Shown one piece after another: positions 48,700-60,640 of a DNA stretch of 64,000 bases. The DNA comes from Trichosphaerium sp. ATCC 40318. Lineage: Eukaryota > Protista > Tubulinea. Numbering within the stretch: the first letter of the stretch is position 1; each line of letters begins with the position of its first letter. The position numbers and the translations under genes are program-made. The notes under the pieces are model-generated. The model was not told where the DNA came from. It saw only the letters and a program-made list of their open reading frames with translations, and searched no databases. The stretch is from positions 1 through 64,000 of the forward strand of contig JALMLS010000334.1 in the NCBI GenBank assembly GCA_038496445.1. Direction: 5' to 3'.

Positions 48700-50958
48700 A
48701 TGGCTTGCCACCAGTGGTTACTACTTTGCGGATGCATTCGTGCGAGAAATAAGAGCCAAGTAGCTGTACGTCGGAGTCTACGTATAGGATTTACACGCGC
48801 TTCAATAGGTATTGTAATTATTGGATTATTTGATACGTTTTAACTTGTTTTGTAGGACTGTTGAGTGCTCTTTCGTTCTTTTACTTTTTCATACTTGTTT
48901 GTCTGCAAATTCATCAATACCGTGAATTTGATGCGCGTGTGAAACTTGTAAAGGCAGCTATTGATCTTGCACATGAGGCTGGTGAAGAACGCGATTTATC
49001 GGCTATATTCATTAGTTCAAATGCTACCCTTGAAGTACAAGAAACTAGTACGAATCAATAATTAGGTTATTGAGTGCATTCCAATACAACAGCGCTGTTG
49101 TATTTTTAGTCTGTTTTTTCTTTTGTATTTCATTCGAATGAGCAAAAGTTCGTTAGTTAACTGACTATCTGTTTTGTTTAGTTGACTCAAGAGTCGGCGT
49201 TGACGAAAAGTTTAAAGAGTTGGAGAAGTTGGTAGATAATTCGATTGTAAAATTCGATCTGTTGGATAGTATTATTGAATATGGTAGAGGTTTAGCAGAA
49301 GAACGTAGACAAGTATGTTAAGTTGTGTTTTTGCCTTTTTGGGCATACATATTCGGAGATTAGTTTTTTTTGCCTGACTTCGGGCTTTTCAGATCGACGA
49401 ACTCGCTGTTGACTTCCAGCAATCACTTGATTGGTATATTACTTGGAACCGTCTTATATTCGATTTTAGTCTTCAAGAGAGCTTCTCAGAGTACGCTGAT
49501 AGTTCTCGATCTTTATACGGTGTTGTTCGTGAAGCTTTGGTACGTTATCAAGTGAAACTACAAAACAATTTATTGTTATGATCTAGTTCGGAGAATACGA
49601 AGGCGAAGAGCGTGGCTACATTGGTGTAATATTCACGAGAGGTATTGTCACGGTTTACTTTTGGCAAGTCTACGCGGTCCTTATTTTGTGTAGGCTATGT
49701 CGTTGATATCCACGAGTACCTATCTGTTACTGACAAGCTCAGCCAAAAGGATTCCACAAGGCATGAACTAGAAGTACGCGTAACTGCTCCTTTCTTTTTT
49801 TATGTTTAAGTTGGCTTTCTATCTCATCATGCTTAGGTTGTCTTAAACACAATTCAACAAGAACACTTTAAAGCGGCTTTGGTGCGTATCTTAACATGCA
49901 CTCGTTTCCTCTTATCCACAAATAGACCACTCCGGAAGTATTAGCTGCTGTGGCAATAACCGATGAATGGAGAGAACTTGTTGTCAGGGTGAGTACTACA
50001 CTAATTAAGTACGGTGTGACGTCTGACTTGGTATTTCCAGCATTTTGAAGACTATAATGAAACAAACCCTTTCCCTGTTGACGCTACAAAGTGGTACAGT
50101 AACATGACTATCCTCACTGAAGCGTTAGTTCCGTTTAGAGCAGCTTTGTTGTACGTTTCTTTTTTCTTGCGTAGTGATGCAGTTGTAAAGCTTATTGTGG
50201 CTCTAGAGAGGATGAAGCAGAGATTCAACAGGCTCATATTAAAACTACGATAAGAAACCTTGTTATAGCAGCAATTGCCTTGGTTTTAGAGGTGACAGCT
50301 TGTTCTACTATAATATACCTAGCGTGGCCTGTTCTTAGAATGTTTTGGGAACTTGAAGGTCAAGCTAATCGGTAAGCACCGAAAAATCAATTGACGGCCT
50401 ATAAGCTTACCAGCAAACAACTTTATTTTCGATTTGCGTCCTTTCTTTTTTTATTCTTAGATTTACGTATTAATATGACTTCTCGCTCATCCGTCTGTTT
50501 TTTTAGAATGATGAGTCGTACTATAGACACAAATAAGGGTACAGATACTCGAAATAGTTATAATAGTGAGGATGCAAGAGAAGCTCAAAGAACACCAAAA
50601 CAGATTAATGAACACAACAAATTCGTTCTAGATGACAGTAAGTGATGTCTTTTTTTTTTTTTCTTTTTTTTTTCCTGAGTTTCGACGAAGAAACTAACTT
50701 TTGGCTTTCTTGTAGGTAGCTCTGGTTCAGAATCGATTGAAACTGAGCCTTCCACAATAACAGGGGTACTTGAAGAGTCTGAGGCTAAAGGCAGTGGTAG
50801 AGATGGTCCTTCTTCAGGCGTTCCTGAGCAAAGAGCAAAATCTTCTAGGAGTGGCGCTGTAAAAGCTAGAATTGCTCCAAAAGAAAAGAAAAGTCATAGG
50901 AGGAAGAAAAAAGCTACTCAGGTTAAGCCTTAATAGTGTTTGTAATAATTGTACATAA
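48700..50958 (+). CDS. Two-TM membrane protein with a NIT (nitrate/nitrite-sensing) domain and no catalytic output domain
   Basis: TM1, LAHEAGEERDLSAIFISS, GEYEGEERGYIGVIF, KWYSNMT, TM2, then a disordered Ser/Glu/Lys tail; about 11 introns in frame. Confidence 0.7.
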
Positions 50959-51643
50959 AAGAATAAAGAACACCTTTTTTGTTTACTTAACAACGATGTC
51001 AATCGTATACGTCAGTTTGGTTTTGCATTTCCTTTTGTGTTTAGTTTGTCTATTGTCTCAAGTGCTTCACGGTTTGTATAGTTACTGTCATAATAAGGAT
51101 TGACTTTACTGTTTTGCATCGTCCACAGTATGCAGTTTTGGACATTCTGCTTTTGCCAATGCTCTCAAATGATTCTTTGAAACATACACTTTACGTCCAA
51201 TAGTTACAGCCGGTATCTATCATTATCGAAGTAAGGTTTGGGGCAACCTATTACCGAGGGCTATACAGTATCGCGTAAGTATAAAAGGTAGATACCGAAG
51301 ATGAAGAGGTTTGGTCATAAGAACTTCAAAACTAACCTTCAACTAGTTTTACTATCCAAGTTTCGAGAAGTGCTAGACACGTGTCAAAGTATCATGCAAT
51401 ACATTCATTATTTTGCTGATTCCACGCTAAAGTATTGATGGCTAGATGTTGAAGTGTTGATTGTCGTAAGTTCACCTTCAGCACATGCCGTTTGATGCAC
51501 CTTCTCTGCAAGTAGCTTTTTGGATAAATTGGTGTCTTGTGCTGTTGCTATCGTGGTTTTAGATCGGGCTGTTCTTTACGCCCGATGCTGACAGAAGTTC
51601 CCCGCGAAGACTATCTCCGAGAGTGGTTTATCTGAATGAATCT

Positions 51644-52127
51644 ATGAAATGGCTAAGGAACTTCATAAACATGTCCAACGCACCACAAGTATGGCGGAAT
51701 CCGGCTGACGTACATTTTTATTTCCACCGTACACCGGTGAGCCGTAAATCGGCAATAGAAATTAGAGAGGCGATGAAAAAGCAATTTCCGCAGCTTAAAT
51801 ACCACCCTGGTGCGTATTATAGCGTTTTTATAACAGTTATTAATGTTTTGGTTTGTAGTCCGTCAGGAATCAGTAGGGCCTCACCCAACGCCTCATTGGG
51901 AAGCAGACTTTTCTACAATACAGCCTAGAGAATGGCATTCACTGTTTGGCCAAGTTTTACACTGGTTGATGCTAAACCACGGCGATCACAGTGTATTAAT
52001 ACACCCGAACACAGGGGAAACGCTAAAAGATCATACAACGAAAGCATTATGGCTTGGTGATAGAATACCTTTAGACACATACTTCTTGATCCCAAAGGTC
52101 GAAGATGATAGTGAAAGTGTGTTGTAA
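51644..52127 (+). CDS. DOPA 4,5-dioxygenase family protein (fungal/bacterial type)
   Basis: DVHFYF, VGPHPTPHWEADF, WLMLNHGDHSVLIHPNTG..DHT..ALWLG; 1 intron. Confidence 0.9.
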
Positions 52128-52772
52128 AACAAAATGTACAAAAATAAACAATTTGTAACAAATCGTTCAGCCGGTGAGAGATAACGCGCTTGTATGGTCA
52201 AGGATATCGCTACTTATAATAATTCAAGGTGCATTCAAAGCAGAGTCAATTTGTGACGAGACTGTAAGGTATATCGTCTCAGTGATGGTTGCATGAAAAG
52301 ATTTGTTCAAATTTGGATGTTATCTGTAGCAAACACGTGCATGATGATCTATTAATAAAATCAATGGGGATTTAAACACGGGTACTATGTTTGTTATTGT
52401 TACGAGTGAAAAGACTTCGGAGTTTTAGATTGATGTAATATCGACAAAACAATTTACAACTTTTTTTTGTTTTTAGGATAAAACAGTTGCATTAAACAAT
52501 GTCAAAAAAGGAAAGTGTTTTGAACTAACTCGTTTTGTTAGTGGAGTTTTTTGGGTTGCACAATGCAGCAAAGGTATATGAAACTGCACAGTCGAAACTT
52601 GCAACCCAGATATTACGATAATTGTCCGTCACTCTCAAAAGCATAATTACGAGCTTTTATACGTCTATAACCTACTAAATACGTCCCCGGATTTTTTTTT
52701 CTATTTTCGGAGCGTGACGTTTCAAAAACTACTGAAATTGCAAAAAAACAGTTTACACACAAGGATTGCATC

Positions 52773-53343
52773 ATGAGCCTTATAGATCTTTCTTATCAAC
52801 CTATGGAGATGCATAACCACAACGTGAGGTACATACGCTCGAAACAGTCAACCTTCTAAAAAAGAATCTCCAAAACCTTCCCTAAGCGTAAGAAGCTAAC
52901 TATCAACTCGTAGAGCGCGTAGGGCATCTTCCATGTCGTCTGTACGCACAGTACAATACAAACCATGCATCACAACTAGTACTATTGACTATTTGGAGTC
53001 TTTTGGACCTATCTTAGAAGACAAGCAGAAATCTGCAAATAAGCAAGCTACATCGACAGGAAAGCTTCATTGGTCAGGCCAAGAACAACAAAGACGTACT
53101 ACTAAGGTGCCAATGCAACGCACAGTAACAAGCAAACATATCACGCATCAACCCAGTACTGTACCATCAGGACCTAGAAGAGCACGTAGTGTTTCTACAC
53201 CTCAAAGAGTTTCAGAAGTTGCAAAAAATACAGACTTCCAATCAGCTTACTCCGACGCTAAGAAACTCATGAGATATAACTATAGATCAGTGTCTACTAC
53301 AGGCCCAGGCGCTCACACAAAGAAAGGGGCTTTAAAAAGATAA
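52773..53343 (+). CDS. Small basic Ser/Thr-rich protein of unknown function
   Basis: Two exons in frame; low-complexity, RARSVSTP-like phospho-motifs. Confidence 0.55.
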
Positions 53344-53811
53344 TCGCTTTTTCTGTAAATATAGTAAGAGAATAGATCAGAAAGAGGACGCTCTTAATGA
53401 CTATTAGGACTTAATTTATGAGCACAATAATGTAAAATAAATGTAAAACTTATGTAGAGATTTCTGCAATGTGAATTTTTTCGAATTTTTTTTTCTGTTT
53501 GGTTTTCTGCAAAACTAGCCGCAGAGAGGTTTTTTTTAATTCGTGGACGTTGATGTATTCTTAAATGTTACCATGCGCAAGTTTTTTAGAAAAAAAGGTA
53601 ACCGTTGAGGACGGAATATGTGATTCTATTTTTACCCTCTTTTTTGTCAAAAAAAATTCTGTAAATCACAAAAAACAAGCAATGGTCGCATTGTATTTAA
53701 CTAAACTAGATATGGTTTTATTTTTAAATAGAAAGATTACTTCTATGTACTTTTAGAGGTGTTTTAAAGGAGGAGAGTTCATGGAGGGTTTTTTTCGTCT
53801 TTTTTGGTAGT

Positions 53812-54451
53812 TTAATAGCTATAGTCGTCACCTTCATCACTACTGCTTTCTTCCATCACTTGGTGGTTAGGATTCACGAATTCCTGAGGTAAACGTTTAG
53901 AAAGAAAATCAAAATCATTCTTTCGCCAAAAACTCACCTCTTCGCTTGAAGAATTACATAAAAAGTCGTCCTTTCGCTCAACTTCATCTGTGGCGAATCT
54001 CTCCGGCCTTTTACGGGACGCGTAAATAATAATGTCAAAAAAAAAAGTATGTGACGTTACCATTTTCCAATAGATTTGATGTGTCTGATCTGAGGCGGCC
54101 GTAATTTGTGCATTATTGAACCTCGAACCTTTTGGTCCTTATTTAAGTTTGGGTATTCTTCAATGATAACAAAATCATCTACAACGCGTTAAATCAATGT
54201 TTAACGCGTAACCGCACTCTTTCTCATCCATACGACGTTCAAGAATTTTGATGGAATGCGGTACAGTTGTTTTGCGCCTTCTGATGTCTCTACTTCACAT
54301 ATATTTGATCCTGGAAGGGAAACAATAATGCCTATGCTTTGATTCTCTGCTGGCTCTGGGAAAGCGTGCAGAGCTTCGTTTACAACGTGTTTTCTTGCTC
54401 TTGACCTTATTTAAATAAGAAATACATCCAAAATAACGATTACAAGTACAT
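53812..54451 (-). CDS. EIF1AD: EIF1AD, eIF1A-domain RNA-binding protein (start codon split by intron 1)
   Basis: MSRARKHVVNE..PEPAENQSI..GSNICEV..IPSKFLNVVWMRKNDFVIIE..KVRGSI..GKWPERF..LPQEFVNPNH. Confidence 0.88.
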
Positions 54452-54573
54452 TATGGTTTTACTTCTCGGGCACTACCCGCTACGAACACAGGACATGCCC
54501 TAGTCACTTCCATGTTGTGTACAAGAAAAAAAATCAAACTTAAAGCCAAGGGAGTTTAAGCGAAAAAATTGCT

Positions 54574-57500
54574 TTATTTTTCAGTTTTTTCTTCCTTCTT
54601 TGGCTCCTCTGGTTCTTTTTTTTCTTCCTCAACTACTGGTGGTTGGAAAGCAAGTGCCAATGGAAACTCCTTGTTGCATTTGAGCTTGTAAGCCTCTGCA
54701 GTGGCTTTGTCGTAGCTCTGTGTTATCACGCTGAACGCTTTTTCTGCGTGCTAAGAAGTGTGAGCGATTTTTAATTACGAGTAGAGGGTATCTACCTGGA
54801 CAGGGTATCCTGCGTCTGATAAGTCTTGTAGGAGAGCCAAAGCTTCATCCTTTTTACCAAGTACGAGTAGTACTTCAGCGCCTAAAAGAGACTTAATTGG
54901 GTGTCTGCTTTAGAAAAAAGCAAAGTTTTTCTTTGGTTTTTGTTTTGTTTAACGTACATGCAACGCGATGCTGCATTGAAGACTTGTTTGCTTCCAAGTA
55001 AGATTCGTTGAATTGGGCGACAGCTTTACCACCAAGTATAGCGCTTTTTGCTTCTTCAAATGGTTTTTTATCCTCTACTTCAACAGATTCCACTTGATTG
55101 TATGTTAAGCCAACTGTTCAGGTTTGTGCAGCAACGTACTTTTGTTGAAAAACAGGCAAACAATCTTGTGTGTGCGTGCATCAGTTGGTGCTATTTCGAC
55201 TGCACGTTTAACATGAACTAGAACCTGTTCATAGTCCTCTAAAATCAAAAAGTTAGAATAGCTAATACTCACAAAAGGTCTCTTTGACAGTACGTACTTA
55301 ATCTCAAGTACAAACCAAAGCCAAGAACATGTGTTTCTATGTCATCAGCTGCAAACGTATGTAGACGCGTAAAAAAATCGGTTGCACACTTAAGAGGTCT
55401 TGTAGTCTACAACAATAGTCACAAAATAACAGTCTGAATCCATTCCACTGTACCCTTTCGAGTTTGTCGCCTTCAGGATCAATATCAAGGAATTTATCCA
55501 ATCCACCCTTCTTCTTGAGCCATTCTTGAGCTTTAGGTGTCAAGTACGCAAGGTCACGCTTAATAAGTTCTTTCTCAGCTGCAGCACGATCCGCGTTAAG
55601 TCCAGCTAATAAGTCATTAATACTCTTTCGCTCATGTTTAAGTGCAATAGTACCTAGAGTCTCCTCTCTTTTATCGTATAGGCTCATGTAGATGTTTACA
55701 ACAAGCTTAGCAGCTCTAACCCAAAATTTATGTGATTCCAAGGTATCTTCGAATTTAAGCATGTTAACGTAAGAATTAACAGTAACTCTGCGTAAACAGT
55801 AATGATGGAAGTCAAATTGATTATTGCGGATAGTTTTAAAGTGCTAAAAAGTAAATTAGTCTTCGGTTTCTTTATCTTCGCAAACAGGTAGGTACATACG
55901 TTATCAACACTGATGAGGTATTTTAGAGCTCTGCCAGGACGACCAAGGTCATTCCAACTGCATCCTTGTTCATACTCGTACCACATGACTTGCATATGGT
56001 AAATATTAGTCTTTGTTGTTTCAGTATCTTCAGGGCGCTAAAAAACAAACATGAGCAATCAAGATAACTCATTTGTTGTTCGAAAACACGTGGATTACGA
56101 AATGTTGGGTTTTTTCGATTGCAAAAAATAAATCAGATTCACGAGTTATGCGTCATATAAACTCAGATGAGCTGGGTGAAATTCATCATGTGGATAAGCA
56201 AGAAAGTGTTGAAAGAAAAAAGAAGGGCAAAAAAGGAAAAAACTTGTTAACGTACACGTGTGAATGGTTCAATTGTAGTCTCAGCTTGTTCAGGCTTTCC
56301 AGCACGCATCAAGTACCGTACGCTCTTTGTATTTACAAATCTGTCAGCAAGGTCCATTTCACGGGCTTCTTCGTAAGCTGCACTTGCTTTTTTAATGTCT
56401 CCAGCACGCTATAAATTAACATGTTACTTTTCAAAAAAAGTAAAATTAGGAGTTGCACTGTACGTTGTAAATTCGGCCCTTGACGAGGTAAATATCAATT
56501 ACTGTTGGTGTGTGATCTTCACATAGTTTGACAGTATCAAGAGCTTCTTGGAATCGGTTTAATTTGCAGTAGTGTTGTGCAAGGTAAAAGTTGATCCAAA
56601 AGATATTTGATGCAATGCCTAAGCAAATGGTTATTTGACAAACACCTATACATGTAGAATTATCACGTACCCTGTGTGTCTGGATTTTCTTCTTTTACTC
56701 TTTCAGCTAGCATCCATTCTTCCATTATTTTTACCTTGAAGAAGAAAAAAGTAAGAAAAAAAGTAGTAAAGACTGCTGAGAAGAACAATGAAGTACCTTA
56801 TCGGCGTCTGTGTACAAGTATTTTAATGTTTGGAACAATGAAGGTACACCTTTAAGGAGTGCTTTACTTGCGTATACACCGTATTTCTCTTTAAAAGCAT
56901 CACCTAAACAAGGTGTAAGACAATAACAATTTCGATTTAAAATTATACCTTTCAAAAATGTCAAAGGTAAAAAGTCGATAGCGTGACATTTTGGGAAATC
57001 CTTCTTTAGTCCATCGTATATCGTTGAGAGTTTATCTGTTTGTTCTGCGCTTAATTCATCACCTAAGTAGAACGTTGTTAGCCGCACCATAAGGTCAATC
57101 CACAAAACAAATTACCATGCAACTGATGAGCTTCGCGAAGGAAGGAGTGGAATTCAGTGTTTTCTGGGTTAATTTTAACCAATTCCTCACATATTGTAAT
57201 AGCGTCACTGTGTTTGTTAAGCTTAAATAGGAATTTGACTAAAGTATTATGAGATTACATTATAAAATAATCCACTTGCCTTTGAGCTCCCTCCATAATG
57301 TTTTATCCCAAATAGTAGCTTTATTGTCATCCAAAAACTTAACTACAGTTTGATAATCAGAGCCGTCATTAACACAGCTTCCCTCCAAAATAGTTGCTTT
57401 GAAGAGAAGTAATTCAGATATTTCTGCGCCACCCATCTTCTTGTCCTTGAGGATGCGTAAATATGACAAACATCAATGTAATGTAAATACACGTGTTTTC

Positions 57501-58491
57501 AGCGGAAAAAACAAAAATTTAGAATTAAAAATCCTTAAACACCTACCATACTGTTACGAGCGAGTTGCCACTGAGCTAGAGCTTCTTTATATTTTTTGGC
57601 AAAATATGCTGCAACAGAGCAACCAAGTCTTTCTGCAAAAACACCACGTTTGCTTGTAAGTTTAGCAATCTTTTTACGTGTGTCCTACAACAGTGTCAAT
57701 AATGAGTACAACTAGCCTTTTATAATGAATGTGTACCAATAGACCAGTAAAATCGCGAATTTGAGCTTGTACAAATGCCAGATCACGTAGAATTTGTTGA
57801 TTCTGTGGAAAGTAAGTGTCATATGTCATGAGTTTAAAAACTGTTTTTGCTTGTTGCTTTTTAGCTTACAGTGTCTAGTTTATCAGCGTTCTTGTAGCAT
57901 AACGCAGCGGCGTGATAATTATGGTCATCTTTTTGTAATCCACCAAGAACGAGCCAGCCTATGCGCTTTAGACATGTTATAAGCAATGCTGTTCGTGTGT
58001 ACATAGATAACTACGGCAATCAAAGCGTAACGCGGATCGAGCGAATTGGTACGCTTTTTGTTTGTGGCCTTGTTTCTGAAACAACAAGGCTTTCAGTGCA
58101 AAAGTTTCTACAGGTACGTTTAGTGGTTTTTGTGTCAATACACTAGAAAACAAGTGTCTTTTGCGCAAAAAGTACCGCTGGCGCATTATTTTAAGATATG
58201 ACAGCGGTTTGTGATGATTGTGTACCTCCGTGGTTAGGACGACTCGCAAGGAGGGTATCGCAATTAGTGAGGCCCTTTTTGTAGTTGTGGGATTCGTAGT
58301 GCTTCTAAAGAGGCGTTAATACGCTAAACTACAGATCGCAAAAGGTCACGGCGTATGCAATGACACTGCTAGTGGCATACAAATAATTGAACAGCACTGT
58401 AAATACAATATTTTCAAGCGTTTAGCGTTTTACGTACAAGTATGGATTGAAACAAATTTTTCTCATAGTTGGACAGCCCAGCCATGGTCAT
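54574..58491 (-). CDS. NAA15: NatA N-acetyltransferase auxiliary subunit (NAA15/16)
   Basis: KHYESHNYKKGL..PNHGETFALKAL, NQQILRDLA..QIRD, KGVPSLF, HTPTVIDIY, MQVMWYE, QFDFHHYCLR, DIDPEGDKL; about 19 introns, one GC-AG. Confidence 0.93.
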
Positions 58492-58615
58492 TTTTAGAGA
58501 GCTTGGGCAGCGTACGCCTTTATTGATCACGAAATCTTCGAGAATTATTTTTACCAATAATTGGGTCAGTTTTGAGCTTCCTCGGTTAAACTCAAAGGAA
58601 CAACTGCGTGGCGCC

Positions 58616-59373
58616 ATGAGTAATAAAAACTTGTTGATAGCTGTAACAGGTTCTGTTGCTTCAATAAAGCTGAAAAAGCTTGTACTTGCTTGTCAGGAGT
58701 TCGCAAATGTACTGTATACGCGTTAACGTGGTGACTGACAATTTTAGATTAAAGTAGTTACAACAGCACGCGCAAAGCATTTCTATAAAGCGGAAGATAT
58801 TTCAGCGCCTGTTTTAACGGATGAGGTGCTGTTTATGTTCAGCGAAATGCTGTAGCAACTAAAACTTCTGCAGGACGAATACGCGCAGTGGCAAAAAATA
58901 GGAGACGATGTATTGCACGTTAAAGTACGAAAACCGTTAAATACTGACATGTACTAACTGTACAACAGCTTGTACAGTGGGCTGACGCTATTGTAATCGC
59001 TCCTTTATCTGCTAACACGCTTGCAAAACTCGCCAATGGCCTTTGTGACAATTTACTGGTAACTCCTTCTAAGTATGTTGAAGCGCGCTAAAAATCATAG
59101 ACATGCGTTTGTAGAGCATGGCACGCCAATAAGCCATTTGTAGTAGCACCTGCAATGAATACTCACATGTGGACTCATCAGGCACTACTACACTATCCTT
59201 ACTACCTCTAACATCTGCTCAAGTTAACTGCAAAGCACATAGCGACACTAAAAGAGCTGGGTATGGTTGTTATTGATCCCATCTGTAAAAAACTTGCTTG
59301 CAAGGATGTTGGTATTGGAGCAATGGCAGAAGTAGAGGACATTGCTGAGGTTGTCAGAAAACTCATAAGCTAA
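58616..59373 (+). CDS. PPCDC: Phosphopantothenoylcysteine decarboxylase (HAL3-like flavoprotein)
   Basis: [70 protein letters not shown]; last intron GC-AG. Confidence 0.93.
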
Positions 59374-60082
59374 TTCTTAACCAGAAGCGCTTCTGAGAGT
59401 ATCTTGTAATAAAACAAACCCGTTAAATTGTACAGCTAGACATCTTTATTGCACTCCAGTGCTGCACTATCACCGTTGTGGTGACACTTCATAAATAGGT
59501 CAAAAAAAAAAAAGTCAAACTTTGTGAAACAGAACTCACTTCTACGGTCATGTGTAGCATCTCCGTACTTCCACCTGAATTACTTGTTAATATACTATAC
59601 TTTACTGACATTAGTACAATAAGTGGGTTTGGATGGTAACGTTTTTTATTCGATTCTTTGCTGTAGTAAATCATTGTAGTGTTTGTTGGTATTATTCTAG
59701 CGTTGTACAGGATGAGAGCGTTTGGAAGCAGTTATACGAAAAAAACGATTGGTACATGGATTACACCACCCGTGCGCGCGTCAACACATGGAAAAAAGCG
59801 TACCTAGTGTAAACTTAATGCGTTCTAAACAGTTGTAGGTGTTTGCGATGTAGAGACGAACATGAAGGATATAAACCTTATAAATTAGCTGATTTTCAAG
59901 TACTATAAGGACCAATCAAAAATAATCAACTCTTACAGTTTACACAGGCCGTTTACACAAAAAAAAGTGACGTAGTATTGGAAGTTTTTTTGACCAGTTC
60001 AGAGCAAAGTCCCTTCCGTGGGTGCTCTCTAAAGACACAAATAACAGGATCTACATCAAATATAGACATATATAAACGAGTA

Positions 60083-60581
60083 ATGAGTGCATGGCATCTG
60101 AAGGTAAGTCAGTAACGTGATAGTATCACCAGCTTTTTGTTGACATTTCCTAATTAGGATATAAGATTATATTCTTGTTTTTGTCTCATTCCTAAGACAA
60201 ATGAATGCCGACTTGCATATTCATATAGTCGTAATATGCAATTTACATGCCTAGTGCGTTGGGAACGAAAGTTCAAGACGTTAAATTTTCGTACTTTATC
60301 ACAGAACAACTTCGAACTTCATAATATTTCAAGTGGCATAACTTTTTTGGATTTATGTGATTTGATTGGTACCAAGATAGGATACAACAGCAAGAAGATA
60401 CGTGTGACACGTAAGGTAAGACAGGGTAAAAATTATTACAATTCCTGACGTATCCATATAGCCAAAACTCAACGAGAGTGTTGTTGGTTTAGTTCTTAAT
60501 AATTTGGAAGAGTACACTTGGAGAATTTCTGATTTTAATGTTGAGGATGGTGATGAACTATACATTACTCTTAAATGTTAA
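60083..60581 (+). CDS. Small ubiquitin-fold-like protein
   Basis: TFLDLCDLIGTKIGY..KIRV...ISDFNVEDGDELYITL resembles a beta-grasp fold; no di-glycine; 5' exon structure uncertain. Confidence 0.45.
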
Positions 60582-60640
60582 TAGTAACAAAATGGATTTT
60601 TTTCATACTCTCCATAACTTGTTTCTTAACTTCTCACTCC

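Noticed and set aside
51563-51586. Hairpin atcgggc...gcccgat as an ncRNA or terminator
   Set aside because: It is an isolated 7-bp stem in a palindrome-rich genome with no other RNA-gene features.
59450-60030. Possible small minus-strand gene
   Set aside because: All splice combinations I tried hit stops; at most a decayed fragment.
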